From: an uncultured Candidatus Entotheonella sp.
GTDB lineage: Bacteria; Tectomicrobia; Entotheonellia; Entotheonellales; Entotheonellaceae
NCBI GenBank assembly: GCA_965217185.1
Contig: OZ244252.1
Coordinates: 3,008,001 to 3,072,000 of the forward strand
Direction of reading: 5' to 3'
Length of the DNA stretch: 64,000 bases
Numbering within the stretch: the stretch's first letter is position 1; each line of letters starts with the position of its first letter. Positions 48,552 through 57,542 of this stretch are shown here, in pieces. The notes under the pieces were generated by a model that worked only from the letters and a program-made list of their open reading frames with translations, was not told where the DNA came from and did not search any database. The translations under genes were made by a program, and so were the position numbers.

Positions 48552-49277
48552 ATGCCAAGCGCCTCAGATCAGATCGGACTAAGAGAACGCTTACGTGTAC
48601 TGGGAGAACGCTTACGTGCCATAAATCTTAATCATCGTGAAGTTCAGCCCTCCAACCTCGGGGAGTCCATCGCGCTTTTGCGCGATACAGCCATATTCTT
48701 TGCCGTCGTTTCTTATTTTGTGGGCTGGGTCTATCTTAACGAGTATCTAAGAAATTTCGGCATATACCTCGCAAACCTCAACGTTCCCCTTCATTACGTC
48801 TTCGTATTCTCTTACGAGCCACTGCTTGATGCAATCTTCCCGCCGAAACTGGGGGGTATCCTTAAACTCTTAGGCCTAATGATATTCATCCTCATTTGTG
48901 TTGTGGCCTACAAGTCGCGTCTGGTAGCCGGCTACGCTGTAGCGTTGGTATGCTTCCTTGCCATTCTAGCCATTTCCTTTCACATCGCTCGTGAAACGGG
49001 AAGGCGTGACGCAAGCATTGTCCTAGGTGGTGGTGGCAAGCCTATCCGCTTTGTTTTCGACCCGCAGGTAATGGATAACCTCGACCATATAATCACCAGC
49101 GACTTAGAGTTAGCGAACTCAGAAGAATCACACCCCTGCCTCCGGCTGGTCTGGCGAACCGATAAGGAAGTCTACGCCGTCGCCGCGGGGGGATGCGATG
49201 GCAGAAAGCGCACCTTTCGTATTCCAGTTTCGGCCTTCGTTTTCTCGGAGACTTACCCACCCCTCCGGGAGGACTGA
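48552..49277 (+). CDS. Hypothetical multi-TM protein, low GC
   Basis: 3-4 hydrophobic helices; RBS GGAG; codon usage differs from the host. Confidence 0.65.
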   Translation: MPSASDQIGLRERLRVLGERLRAINLNHREVQPSNLGESIALLRDTAIFFAVVSYFVGWVYLNEYLRNFGIYLANLNVPLHYVFVFSYEPLLDAIFPPKLGGILKLLGLMIFILICVVAYKSRLVAGYAVALVCFLAILAISFHIARETGRRDASIVLGGGGKPIRFVFDPQVMDNLDHIITSDLELANSEESHPCLRLVWRTDKEVYAVAAGGCDGRKRTFRIPVSAFVFSETYPPLRED

Positions 49278-49278
49278 T

Positions 49279-51198
49279 ATGTCTCAATGCGTGACTGTTT
49301 TGATCGCTGCCGCGATGGTTTTGTGGGCCACTGGTGCCGAAGCAAAGGAAGGAGATGCAGCGCATCAGGATACTTCCGTGCTTTCTGACTGCGAGAATAA
49401 GTTAAACCGATGGGAATACGTTAACGCCGAGTTGGAAGACAAATCACATGCAATTGTCCGACTCTCGACTGACAAAACATTCATAAATTGCAGTGATGTT
49501 GATGTGACTAATCGCATCGTCAAGTGCAAGAGGACCAGCCTAAGCAAGTGCCCAGACCCACCCGTTGTGGTTGACGACACATCACCTGTTGTCGAGATAG
49601 TGCCCGTAACGGATGACATGTTGGCCGCCGAGGCGGGCGTCTCCTGGCTCCACGTCAACGGCAACTGGGCAGGACATCGCTACAGCACGCTGAATCAGGT
49701 GAATGCCTCCAACGCCGGCGACCTCAGGGTGGCGTGGATTTACTCCACCGGCGGCAAGACGGACGCGCAGTGCACCCCCATCTACTACGATGGGTTGATG
49801 TACATCGCCCAGGACAACACGGTTCACGCGGTCGACGCGGCCACGGGCCGGCAAGTGTGGAAATACGAACACGAGTTGCCGGAGGATTTCGGCGGCTACA
49901 ACGTTCCCTTCTTCACCGGCAAGCACCGCGGCGTGGCCATCGCCGGGGAGCACATTTTCTTCCTGTCCAACGACATGAAGCTCCACGCTATGCACTACAA
50001 GACCGGCGAACAGAAATTCGTGCAGCAGTATCTCGACTACCCCAAGGCGTTTGAAAAATCCGAGGACGCCAACGGCTATTTCGCCACCGTCGGGCCCCTG
50101 GCAATTCCCGGACAGATCATCGTGCCGATGAACGCCACGGATACCGGCGGCCTGCCCGGCTTTGTCTACGGCGTCAGCCAGGAGGATGGGTCGATCCTCT
50201 ATGAAGCCAACATGATTCCCGGCCCCGGCGAGCCTGGTTACGAAAGTTGGCCGGGCGACAGCCGCGACTACGGCGGTGCCGGCCCCTGGATCATCGGTTC
50301 CTGGGACGCTGACTTGAAGATGTATTACACCGGTACGGCCAACGCCTACCCGTGGAACCCGAAAACCCGCGGCGACGGCAAAATGGACAACGTGGGCGCC
50401 GCCAGCATCGTGGCGGTCGACACCGATACCGGGCGGGTGCCTTGGCGCTACGTAGCGGTTCCCGGCGACCCGTGGGACTTCGACGTGCCGCAGACGCCTC
50501 TCATCATCACCCTCAACGGTCGCAAGACGATCGTGCATCCCAACAAGACCGGTTACATCCACTACATCGACGCCGAAACCGGCCAGTTTCAGCAGGCGGT
50601 GGCGTTCTCCGACAAAATCACCTGGGCCAAGGGCTATGACGTGGAAGGCCGGCCCATCGATCAGGTCGCCATCCCTGAGGAAGGCACCACGATCGAGATG
50701 TGGCCCAGCCTGGCGGGCGGGGTGAACCTATATCCCGCAGCCTACAATCCGCTCACCGGCTACGTCTACCTGCCCGCCATTGAGATGGGCATGGAGTACA
50801 CGTTCGAGGAGATCAAGGTCATCAGCAACGTGCAACACTTCGGCGCCTCGTTCGAGTTCCTGTTCAGCTATGAACTCAACCTGGCCATGGACGTGCGGAG
50901 CGGGGCCGAGGTCTGGCGGGATCAGAAGGGCAAGAGCGGTTACGCCGGCGGCATGTTGACGACCGCCGGGGATCTGGTGTTCTACGGTAGCGAGACCGGC
51001 CAGTTCCAGGCCGTGAACGCCAGCACGGGGGATATTTTATACACCTTCCAGCTCGGTGCCAGACCGAAGTCCGGCCCGATCACCTACGTCCTGAACGGCA
51101 AGCAATACGTCGCGCAATTGACCGGCGGCGGCTCCACCGCAGGTTATGAGGCGAGCCACCTGGAACACGGCGGCCATATCGTGGCCTTCTCTCGTTAA
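49279..51198 (+). CDS. PQQ-dependent dehydrogenase with atypical Cys-containing N-terminal extension
   Basis: RYSTLNQV, LRVAW, AVDAATG..VWKY, YTGTAN, WDFD and PITY..NGKQYV beta-propeller motifs. Confidence 0.88.
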   Translation: MSQCVTVLIAAAMVLWATGAEAKEGDAAHQDTSVLSDCENKLNRWEYVNAELEDKSHAIVRLSTDKTFINCSDVDVTNRIVKCKRTSLSKCPDPPVVVDDTSPVVEIVPVTDDMLAAEAGVSWLHVNGNWAGHRYSTLNQVNASNAGDLRVAWIYSTGGKTDAQCTPIYYDGLMYIAQDNTVHAVDAATGRQVWKYEHELPEDFGGYNVPFFTGKHRGVAIAGEHIFFLSNDMKLHAMHYKTGEQKFVQQYLDYPKAFEKSEDANGYFATVGPLAIPGQIIVPMNATDTGGLPGFVYGVSQEDGSILYEANMIPGPGEPGYESWPGDSRDYGGAGPWIIGSWDADLKMYYTGTANAYPWNPKTRGDGKMDNVGAASIVAVDTDTGRVPWRYVAVPGDPWDFDVPQTPLIITLNGRKTIVHPNKTGYIHYIDAETGQFQQAVAFSDKITWAKGYDVEGRPIDQVAIPEEGTTIEMWPSLAGGVNLYPAAYNPLTGYVYLPAIEMGMEYTFEEIKVISNVQHFGASFEFLFSYELNLAMDVRSGAEVWRDQKGKSGYAGGMLTTAGDLVFYGSETGQFQAVNASTGDILYTFQLGARPKSGPITYVLNGKQYVAQLTGGGSTAGYEASHLEHGGHIVAFSR

Positions 51199-51409
51199 AC
51201 GTCGTTTGGCCTCAAAGAAGGGAAGGAGCCCGCGGACAATTCGGGCGCCTTTCTTGTCTTGTGTCAGGGGCATACGGAAAGTCGGGCCTTGCCAAGTGGA
51301 TCTTGCCGGGGAAAGCAGCGAGGGGAGGAATTTCCATCCGTTGGTGTCGGATGTCGACGTTGAAGAAGACTTAGCTTCCCACCGACCCCAAGGCATCGCT
51401 GGCGGAATA

Positions 51410-51437
51410 TCGGATTACGCCTCACCAATCCGACCTG
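51410..51437. repeat. Single degenerate REP half-copy
   Basis: TCGGATTACGCCTCACCAATCCGACCTG resembles the right arm of the REP doublets. Confidence 0.6.
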
Positions 51438-51458
51438 TAACCCATATACGAAAATGTT

Positions 51459-51983
51459 CTAATCGGCGAGGGCGCGGCGCAGCAGTGGACCGGCGCCGTG
51501 CATGAAGTCGGCCACCACGGCGTCGAGGTCGTCCAGTTGGGATTCGAGAACGTACAGGCCGCGGCTGGGCACCGAGGCGCCGAGCTCGACGAGCAATGGG
51601 CGGAAATGCGTCTCCACCGCCAGGGCGTGCTGCGGGGCGGCGCCGAGCATGACGGGAAGCGCCACCGTACCGGCCAGGCCGTTGCTGCCGTAGCGGTCGA
51701 AGAAGGCTTTGAGCAGGCCGGTGTAGGAGGCTTTGTAGACCGGGCAGGCGGGAACGATCAGAGCGCTGGCCGCCACCTGTTGGGTCAGCGCGGCGAGTTC
51801 GTCGTCCTCCCAGGCGAACAGGCGGCCGGCTACGTGCGCCAGTTCAATCGTTTCGAGGCTGGCGAGGCCGCCGGCGCCAACGGCTTCGACCGTCGCGCGG
51901 GCCACTGCCTCGGCTACCCGTGTGGTGCGGCCGCCGGGGTTGGGATTGCCAATGACAACGCTCACCTGCATGCCGGTCTCCAT
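51459..51983 (-). CDS. NADPH-dependent FMN reductase
   Basis: GNPNPGGRT and PVYKASYTGLLKAFFD. Confidence 0.88.
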   Translation of the reverse strand: METGMQVSVVIGNPNPGGRTTRVAEAVARATVEAVGAGGLASLETIELAHVAGRLFAWEDDELAALTQQVAASALIVPACPVYKASYTGLLKAFFDRYGSNGLAGTVALPVMLGAAPQHALAVETHFRPLLVELGASVPSRGLYVLESQLDDLDAVVADFMHGAGPLLRRALAD

Positions 51984-52888
51984 TAGCGAACGTGCCACGC
52001 TTCGGTCAGCGGCTTGGCGCCGACAAGCTCGCCGTAGCCGATGCCCGTGGTGCCGGTCGGCGACGGACCGAAGTAGCGCTCGTCCACCGTGTCGGCGAGG
52101 CGCTGGTAGCGCACGTCGACGGATAACCGCACGCGGTTTTCTTCAGAGACGTTTTGCAGCGAGCCGTGCAGCGTGAACATCGGGAAGATCACCACGTCGC
52201 CGGCGGCGAAGTCGCGGGTCAGCAAGCGGGTGCCGCGATCCGCGGCGAACTGCAGCGGCGTGGCATTGAAGGCGGCGGTGCGGTGGGTGTCGCGGGCGAC
52301 GTCGAAGCCCTTTTGCGAAGCGACAATGTCGTCGAAGCGGTGCGAGCCCTCGACCACGAACAGCGGGCCCTCGCTGACCGGCACGTCGCCGAGCGCGATC
52401 CAGGCGGTCAGAACCGATTCGGTGGTGCGGGTGAAGAAGCCGTAATCGCAGTGCAGGTTGGTGAATTTGCCGCGATTGGCGGGACGTAGGAACAGGTAGT
52501 CCTGTGCCCGCGCCGGCTCGCCAAACACCGCGCTCATGAGGCCGTAGAGCCGCGGGCCGTGGGTGATGCGGCGCAGCGACCAGGTTTCGCAGACGGATTT
52601 CCAGAAGGCGCCGAGGTCGTCCACCCGCTCCTTGCGGTGGCTTGAACCGGAATAGATGCCGTCGACGACGGGCGGCACAATCTCGCCCACCTCGGCGAGG
52701 CGGCCGAAGATGTCGGCGCGCGCGGCCATGACGTCGGCACGCGGGAAAAACTCGCGCATGTAGAGGTAGCCGCCGTCGGCAAGCTGCGCCTGCAGGGCGG
52801 CGGCATCGCCCCGCAGCGCTGAATGGTCCTCGAACGACCCGAGGCGCTCGGCCGGGATCGTTTCGCCCTGTGCGACAATGGTTTGCAT
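51983..52888 (-). CDS. Phytanoyl-CoA dioxygenase-family Fe(II)/2OG oxygenase
   Basis: HCD...WIALGD...GSH...HGS...R.SVDVRY. Confidence 0.88.
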   Translation of the reverse strand: MQTIVAQGETIPAERLGSFEDHSALRGDAAALQAQLADGGYLYMREFFPRADVMAARADIFGRLAEVGEIVPPVVDGIYSGSSHRKERVDDLGAFWKSVCETWSLRRITHGPRLYGLMSAVFGEPARAQDYLFLRPANRGKFTNLHCDYGFFTRTTESVLTAWIALGDVPVSEGPLFVVEGSHRFDDIVASQKGFDVARDTHRTAAFNATPLQFAADRGTRLLTRDFAAGDVVIFPMFTLHGSLQNVSEENRVRLSVDVRYQRLADTVDERYFGPSPTGTTGIGYGELVGAKPLTEAWHVR

Positions 52889-52935
52889 GGCGTGTCTCCA
52901 GTTCAGGATGTGGTGGCGACGGGGCGGGCGCGGCG

Positions 52936-53766
52936 TCAGAGCGGCCAATCCAGCCACTCGCAGATGGCGCGGCCCATCACCCATTCCAGGTCCTCGCCCT
53001 GCAGCCACGACAGGTGCTCGGTGAACAGGGTGATGCATTCGTAGTAGGTGCAGGGCATGCGGGTCAGATCGGTGCCCCAGAAGGTGCGCTGCGGGCCGAA
53101 GGCGTCGACGAGCGTGCGAATGTGCGGATGCAGGTCGCGGAACGGATAAGGCTCGGCGGACAGCGACGACATGCCGGACGCCTTGACCGCCACGTTGGGG
53201 TGCCGGGCGAGCTTGCAGACCTCGGGAAGATTGTCGAACACCTGCGGGCCGCCGCCGCTCTTCAGCCCAACGTGGTCGAGCACCAGTTTCAGCCCCGGAT
53301 GGGCAGCGGCGATGCGGTCAAGCTGGTCGAGGGCGTCCGGCATGATGACCATGAGCGGGATGCCGGCCTTTTCGACCGCCGGCCACAGCCAATCGGTGGA
53401 GCCGTCGGTGAGCAGGTGGCGGTAGTGCTCGTTGTGGAACGTGAAGCGCATGCCGAGCATGCCCGGCTGCTGTTTCCAGGCGGCGACCTTGCCCGGGCTG
53501 GCGGGGTCCTTGAGGTCCAGGCGGCCCATGACGGCAAAGCGGTCGGGATAACTTTGCGCCGCCTCCAGCGCCACGTCGTTGCGGTCGCCTTCCCACGACG
53601 GCGGCACGATCACCGCCCGCCGCACGCCCGCCAAGTCCATCTGGAACAGCATCGTTTCCTTGCTGATCGGATACGGCTTCTGCGCGTCCTGCGCCCGGCC
53701 CGCCGGCCACGGCCGGTCGGGCGATTCGGCCTGCCACATGTGTACTTGCGAATCGACGATGTTCAT
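52936..53766 (-). CDS. Amidohydrolase_2 family protein
   Basis: DSQVHMW, LDHVG, VKASG and WGTD. Confidence 0.85.
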   Translation of the reverse strand: MNIVDSQVHMWQAESPDRPWPAGRAQDAQKPYPISKETMLFQMDLAGVRRAVIVPPSWEGDRNDVALEAAQSYPDRFAVMGRLDLKDPASPGKVAAWKQQPGMLGMRFTFHNEHYRHLLTDGSTDWLWPAVEKAGIPLMVIMPDALDQLDRIAAAHPGLKLVLDHVGLKSGGGPQVFDNLPEVCKLARHPNVAVKASGMSSLSAEPYPFRDLHPHIRTLVDAFGPQRTFWGTDLTRMPCTYYECITLFTEHLSWLQGEDLEWVMGRAICEWLDWPL

Positions 53767-53799
53767 GGATGCGATCCCTCCGAAGCGGCTGCCCGCCGG

Positions 53800-54300
53800 T
53801 CACACGGCCTGAAACTTCAGGCGCTTCACCGTGTCGATGTTGACGCCCTCGAGACGGATCAGGCGGGTCGGCCCGTCGCGGCGCGGGGAGTGCAGGTCGC
53901 CCTCGTTGTACACGAAGGCCATGCCGGGGGTGAGGGTATACGTCCTGGCCTTGCGGACCTTGCCAGGCTCCTCCTCGCTGGCCGCTTCCAGCAGCTCCCA
54001 GTCCGTCATCTCGGTCTCGCCAGCGGCTTGCCCGTAAATGGCCCACGTCGGGCCATGGTCATGCGGCGGGCTCTCTTTGGCGTCGTGATGCACGTGCGCC
54101 AGGATGCAAAAGCCGAGTTCAGCGTCTTCGTACAGAATTTTACGTTCCGGTACGTCGTCCCCCAAATGCGCCGCCACGAACGCGCCGTCCTGCAGCACCT
54201 CCTGCACCAGCGCGCAAACCCGCTCCCGTCCCGCCGTGCCGGGGTCGGCTTTCAGGATGTCGTGACACGAAGCGGCAAAGGCTTCCAGTGTATGCCCCAT
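53800..54300 (-). CDS. Cupin (cysteine dioxygenase-like) protein
   Basis: PPHDHG.WAIYG...GDLHS. Confidence 0.7.
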   Translation of the reverse strand: MGHTLEAFAASCHDILKADPGTAGRERVCALVQEVLQDGAFVAAHLGDDVPERKILYEDAELGFCILAHVHHDAKESPPHDHGPTWAIYGQAAGETEMTDWELLEAASEEEPGKVRKARTYTLTPGMAFVYNEGDLHSPRRDGPTRLIRLEGVNIDTVKRLKFQAV

Positions 54301-54476
54301 GATGTTGTCTCCTGTCTCGTCTGACTCATTCGTTCCTCACAAAGCGCCGGGCATTCTACCGCGCCCACCGCGCCACTTCAACGCGCCTTGGCCTCCTGCG
54401 TCGGGCCGCCATCAACTCCATCCCGCATTGCCGCACAATCAATCCTTGTAATTCTGTCAGATCCCGAGGTGGCCGA

Positions 54477-54863
54477 TTAGCGTATACAACGGACGTCGAT
54501 GTCCTGGAGGTCGAATTGTGTCCAAGCCCGGTCGGCGGTCAAAACCGTGCTAGCTTGCAAATACCCCGTGGCAAGACAGGCACGGTCCCCAAGGCTCAGA
54601 CCCCAGGGTTGAGTGGCTGGTCGGTAACGGCCGGTTAAAATTGCCGCATTGAGGTCAAACGGCAGGATCTGAACGGGCAGTTCCTGGAAAACGGCGTTGA
54701 CTTGAAACGTAGTCCAACCTTCCTGGTGCAGGCGTGACGCCACTTCTGCGGCATTGACAGCTGACATCTGGGCTCCTGAGTTCAGGGCATCGAGAACCAC
54801 ATCGGCGCCAGGTTCCTTAAGAACAACTGCAAGTAGAGCGGAGGCGTCCAAGATAAACGGCAT
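54477..54863 (-). CDS. VapC PIN toxin
   Basis: ILDASALLA, SAVNAAEV, LSLGDRACLA and TADRAW. Confidence 0.88.
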   Translation of the reverse strand: MPFILDASALLAVVLKEPGADVVLDALNSGAQMSAVNAAEVASRLHQEGWTTFQVNAVFQELPVQILPFDLNAAILTGRYRPATQPWGLSLGDRACLATGYLQASTVLTADRAWTQFDLQDIDVRCIR

Positions 54864-54867
54864 TGCT

Positions 54868-55179
54868 TCATTCCTTCGCCGCTTCGGCTCGACGTTCGGT
54901 GATGAAGTCGTCAACAACGCTCTCGCTTGACTTATCCCTGCTTCGGGCAATTGCCCATATGCGTTCAAGTCCGGCTTCAACTGTCTGCAGCCTGATAAAA
55001 CCCTCAACGAGTGATATGTGGAGCATTTGTCCTTGCGTGATTCCGAGAGCTCTACGAATTGGCGCCGGCACGACCACGCGCCCTGACTGGTCGATGCGCA
55101 CACCTTGGCTGAAAGTATGCTTGGCGTGGAATGGATCTTGCGGCTTCTTCATTGGTTTCTCCAACTGTTTCATGTGCAA
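54868..55179 (-). CDS. AbrB/MazE-type antitoxin
   Basis: IDQSGRVVVPAPIRRALGI. Confidence 0.85.
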   Translation of the reverse strand: MHMKQLEKPMKKPQDPFHAKHTFSQGVRIDQSGRVVVPAPIRRALGITQGQMLHISLVEGFIRLQTVEAGLERIWAIARSRDKSSESVVDDFITERRAEAAKE

Positions 55180-55392
55180 ATCCTATCCGAGTGATTTGGT
55201 TCATCACGAAACTATTTGATATATACCACAAATAAATTTTTACCTATTTTCCTGAAAAGGGTGAGAATAAGAAATTGGGACGTGGAATCGCGACAGTGAA
55301 CCTTTACAGAAAAGGGGTGTGATAGGATACGCGGCGGTTGTTGGAGAACGGCCCGAAGGCAGGCACAACACGGTTTGGAGGAGCGCTGGATA

Positions 55393-56160
55393 ATGGCGGG
55401 ACGAGTGGAAGGCAAGGTGGCATTGGTGACGGGCGGCAGTTCGGGGATTGGCCGAGCGACGGCACTGGTGTTTGCCCGCGAGGGGGCGAAGCTGGTGGTC
55501 GCGGACATGGATGAGGACGGCGGCCAGCAAACGGTGCATAGCATCACGGAGCAGGGCGGTGAGGCGGCGTTCGTGCGAGCGGATATGACGGTCGCCACGG
55601 AGGTGGAGGCGCTGATCAGCCAGGCCGTGGCGACATACGGGCGGCTGGATTGTGCGTACAACAACGCCGGCGTGACGCAGCGCGCCTATCCACCCACGGA
55701 CGAATACCCGCTGGATGACTGGCACCGGGTGCTGGCGGTCAATCTGACGGGCGTCTGGCTGTGCCTGAAGTACGAGTTGGCGCAGATGCGGAAGCAGGGC
55801 AGCGGTGCCATTGTCAACACGGCGTCGATTGCCGGATTGGTCGGCATCGCCGGGCGCTCGGCCTATGTGGCCAGCAAGCACGGCGTGGTCGGAATTACCA
55901 AATCGGCGGCTCTGGAATACGGCAGCCAGGGGATTCGCGTCAACGCGGTGTGTCCGGGGTACGTGCGCACGCCGATGGTGGATTACGTGTTGCGGCACGA
56001 GGGGCCGGAGCTGGAGAGGCAGATGCTGGCACGCGAGCCGATCGGGCGCTTGGGGCGGCCCGAGGAGATCGCCGAAACGGTGGTGTGGTTGTGTTCGGAC
56101 GCGGCGTCGTTCATCACGGGACACGCGATGGCGGCGGACGGCGGGTTTATGGCGCAGTAG
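55393..56160 (+). CDS. Short-chain dehydrogenase/reductase
   Basis: TGGSSGIG, NNAG and YVASK. Confidence 0.93.
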   Translation: MAGRVEGKVALVTGGSSGIGRATALVFAREGAKLVVADMDEDGGQQTVHSITEQGGEAAFVRADMTVATEVEALISQAVATYGRLDCAYNNAGVTQRAYPPTDEYPLDDWHRVLAVNLTGVWLCLKYELAQMRKQGSGAIVNTASIAGLVGIAGRSAYVASKHGVVGITKSAALEYGSQGIRVNAVCPGYVRTPMVDYVLRHEGPELERQMLAREPIGRLGRPEEIAETVVWLCSDAASFITGHAMAADGGFMAQ

Positions 56161-56169
56161 GGCGAGGCG

Positions 56170-57522
56170 ATGGCGATGCAAGGTTGGTTTGGTGTTCGGC
56201 GTAGGTTGTTGCTGCTGGCGTTCGGTGTCGTGGTCGCAGCCGCGGCGCTGGGGGGCTTTGCGTTATATGAGGGCGGTGACCCGCCAACAGAACCGCATTT
56301 CGCCATCGTTCACACGCCTCGGGGTTTATTGTACAAGGCGACCACGGCTCGCTTTGAGGCGGAGTTGCTACAGGCCGAAGCGGCGAGCCGCGCAACCGCG
56401 GCGGAGGCGTTCGCTTCGGCGAAGGAGCAGGCCAGAGCATACCGGTACAGAGCTGCGGAGAAAGAGCTCCGGTGGTCGTTGGAAGCGTACGAGACGCTTT
56501 CCGCCCACCTCAATGCCGGCTTGGTGTCGCTCAACCTGGGCGAGCTTGCGGCGGCCGAGGCGCATTTCCGCACCGGGCTGGAACGGATCGAGGAGCGCGG
56601 CGGCCGCGACTTCGTGACGGCCCTTCAACTGGGCCTGGGCGTTGTGTATCGGGAGCAGGGCCGCGTCGCTGAGGCGCTGGCCGCACACCGCGCAGCCCTG
56701 GATGTCGCCAAGCAAGAGCGAGATCTTCTGGCTGAGGCCGCCGCCCTCGGGCACGTCGGCAATCTGCAGGCGGCGCGGGGCGAAATGGACGAGGCCCTTG
56801 CCGCGCACGAGCGGGCGCTGGAAATCTGCAAACAACTGGATCACGCGGTGGGGCAGGCCGTCGCCTTGGGGAATCTGGGTCACGTGCACGCCGAGCAGGG
56901 ACTTCCAGACGCGGCGCTGGATTGGCACCGACAGGCGTATCAGCTTGCCGAACAGCGGCTTGGGAGCATCGGGCAGGCATTCGCTTTGACGGACATCGGC
57001 AACGTGTACCGGATGCGCGGGCAGATTAGCGACGCGCTGATATCGCTGGGGAGGGCGTTGCGATCTCATGCCGAGCTTGGCAACACGGGCGATCGGGCAG
57101 CAGTCATGGACGACATCGGCGACGTGTATTTCCGGCAGGGGCAGTTGGACAGGGCGCTGGCGGCGTACGAGGGGTCGTTCAAACTGTACACGCGGATCAG
57201 ACACGCGGTCGGACAGGCCGCGGCGCTCAGCCACGTCGGCAACGTGTACGAGCGGCAGCGGCAGTTGGACAAGGCGCTGGCCGCCCACGAACGAGCGCTT
57301 GAGCTGGATACGGACAGCGGGCACGCCGCCGGCCGGGCGCGAGACCTCGGCAACATCGGCAACGTCTACGGGCGGCAAGGACGGATGGCGGAGGCGCTGG
57401 ATCGGCTGCGCACAGCCGAGGCGATCTTTCGGCGGGTCAGGCCGCAAGGCCAGGGTGCGCAGGACGTGGCGCGGACGATCAAGCGGCTGGTGGAGCCGCT
57501 TGATTTGTCGCAGATTGAATAA
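56170..57522 (+). CDS. Membrane-anchored TPR protein with about 40-aa repeats
   Basis: N-terminal TM; repeated A..LG(N/H)(I/V)GNVY..G..D.AL units. Confidence 0.85.
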   Translation: MAMQGWFGVRRRLLLLAFGVVVAAAALGGFALYEGGDPPTEPHFAIVHTPRGLLYKATTARFEAELLQAEAASRATAAEAFASAKEQARAYRYRAAEKELRWSLEAYETLSAHLNAGLVSLNLGELAAAEAHFRTGLERIEERGGRDFVTALQLGLGVVYREQGRVAEALAAHRAALDVAKQERDLLAEAAALGHVGNLQAARGEMDEALAAHERALEICKQLDHAVGQAVALGNLGHVHAEQGLPDAALDWHRQAYQLAEQRLGSIGQAFALTDIGNVYRMRGQISDALISLGRALRSHAELGNTGDRAAVMDDIGDVYFRQGQLDRALAAYEGSFKLYTRIRHAVGQAAALSHVGNVYERQRQLDKALAAHERALELDTDSGHAAGRARDLGNIGNVYGRQGRMAEALDRLRTAEAIFRRVRPQGQGAQDVARTIKRLVEPLDLSQIE

Positions 57523-57542
57523 CGATGCCTTCTGCTGGTGGT

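Noticed and set aside
48583..48618. 15-bp direct repeat with 21-nt period in the low-GC membrane gene
   Set aside because: In-frame micro-duplication (ERLR twice) with no evident functional consequence.
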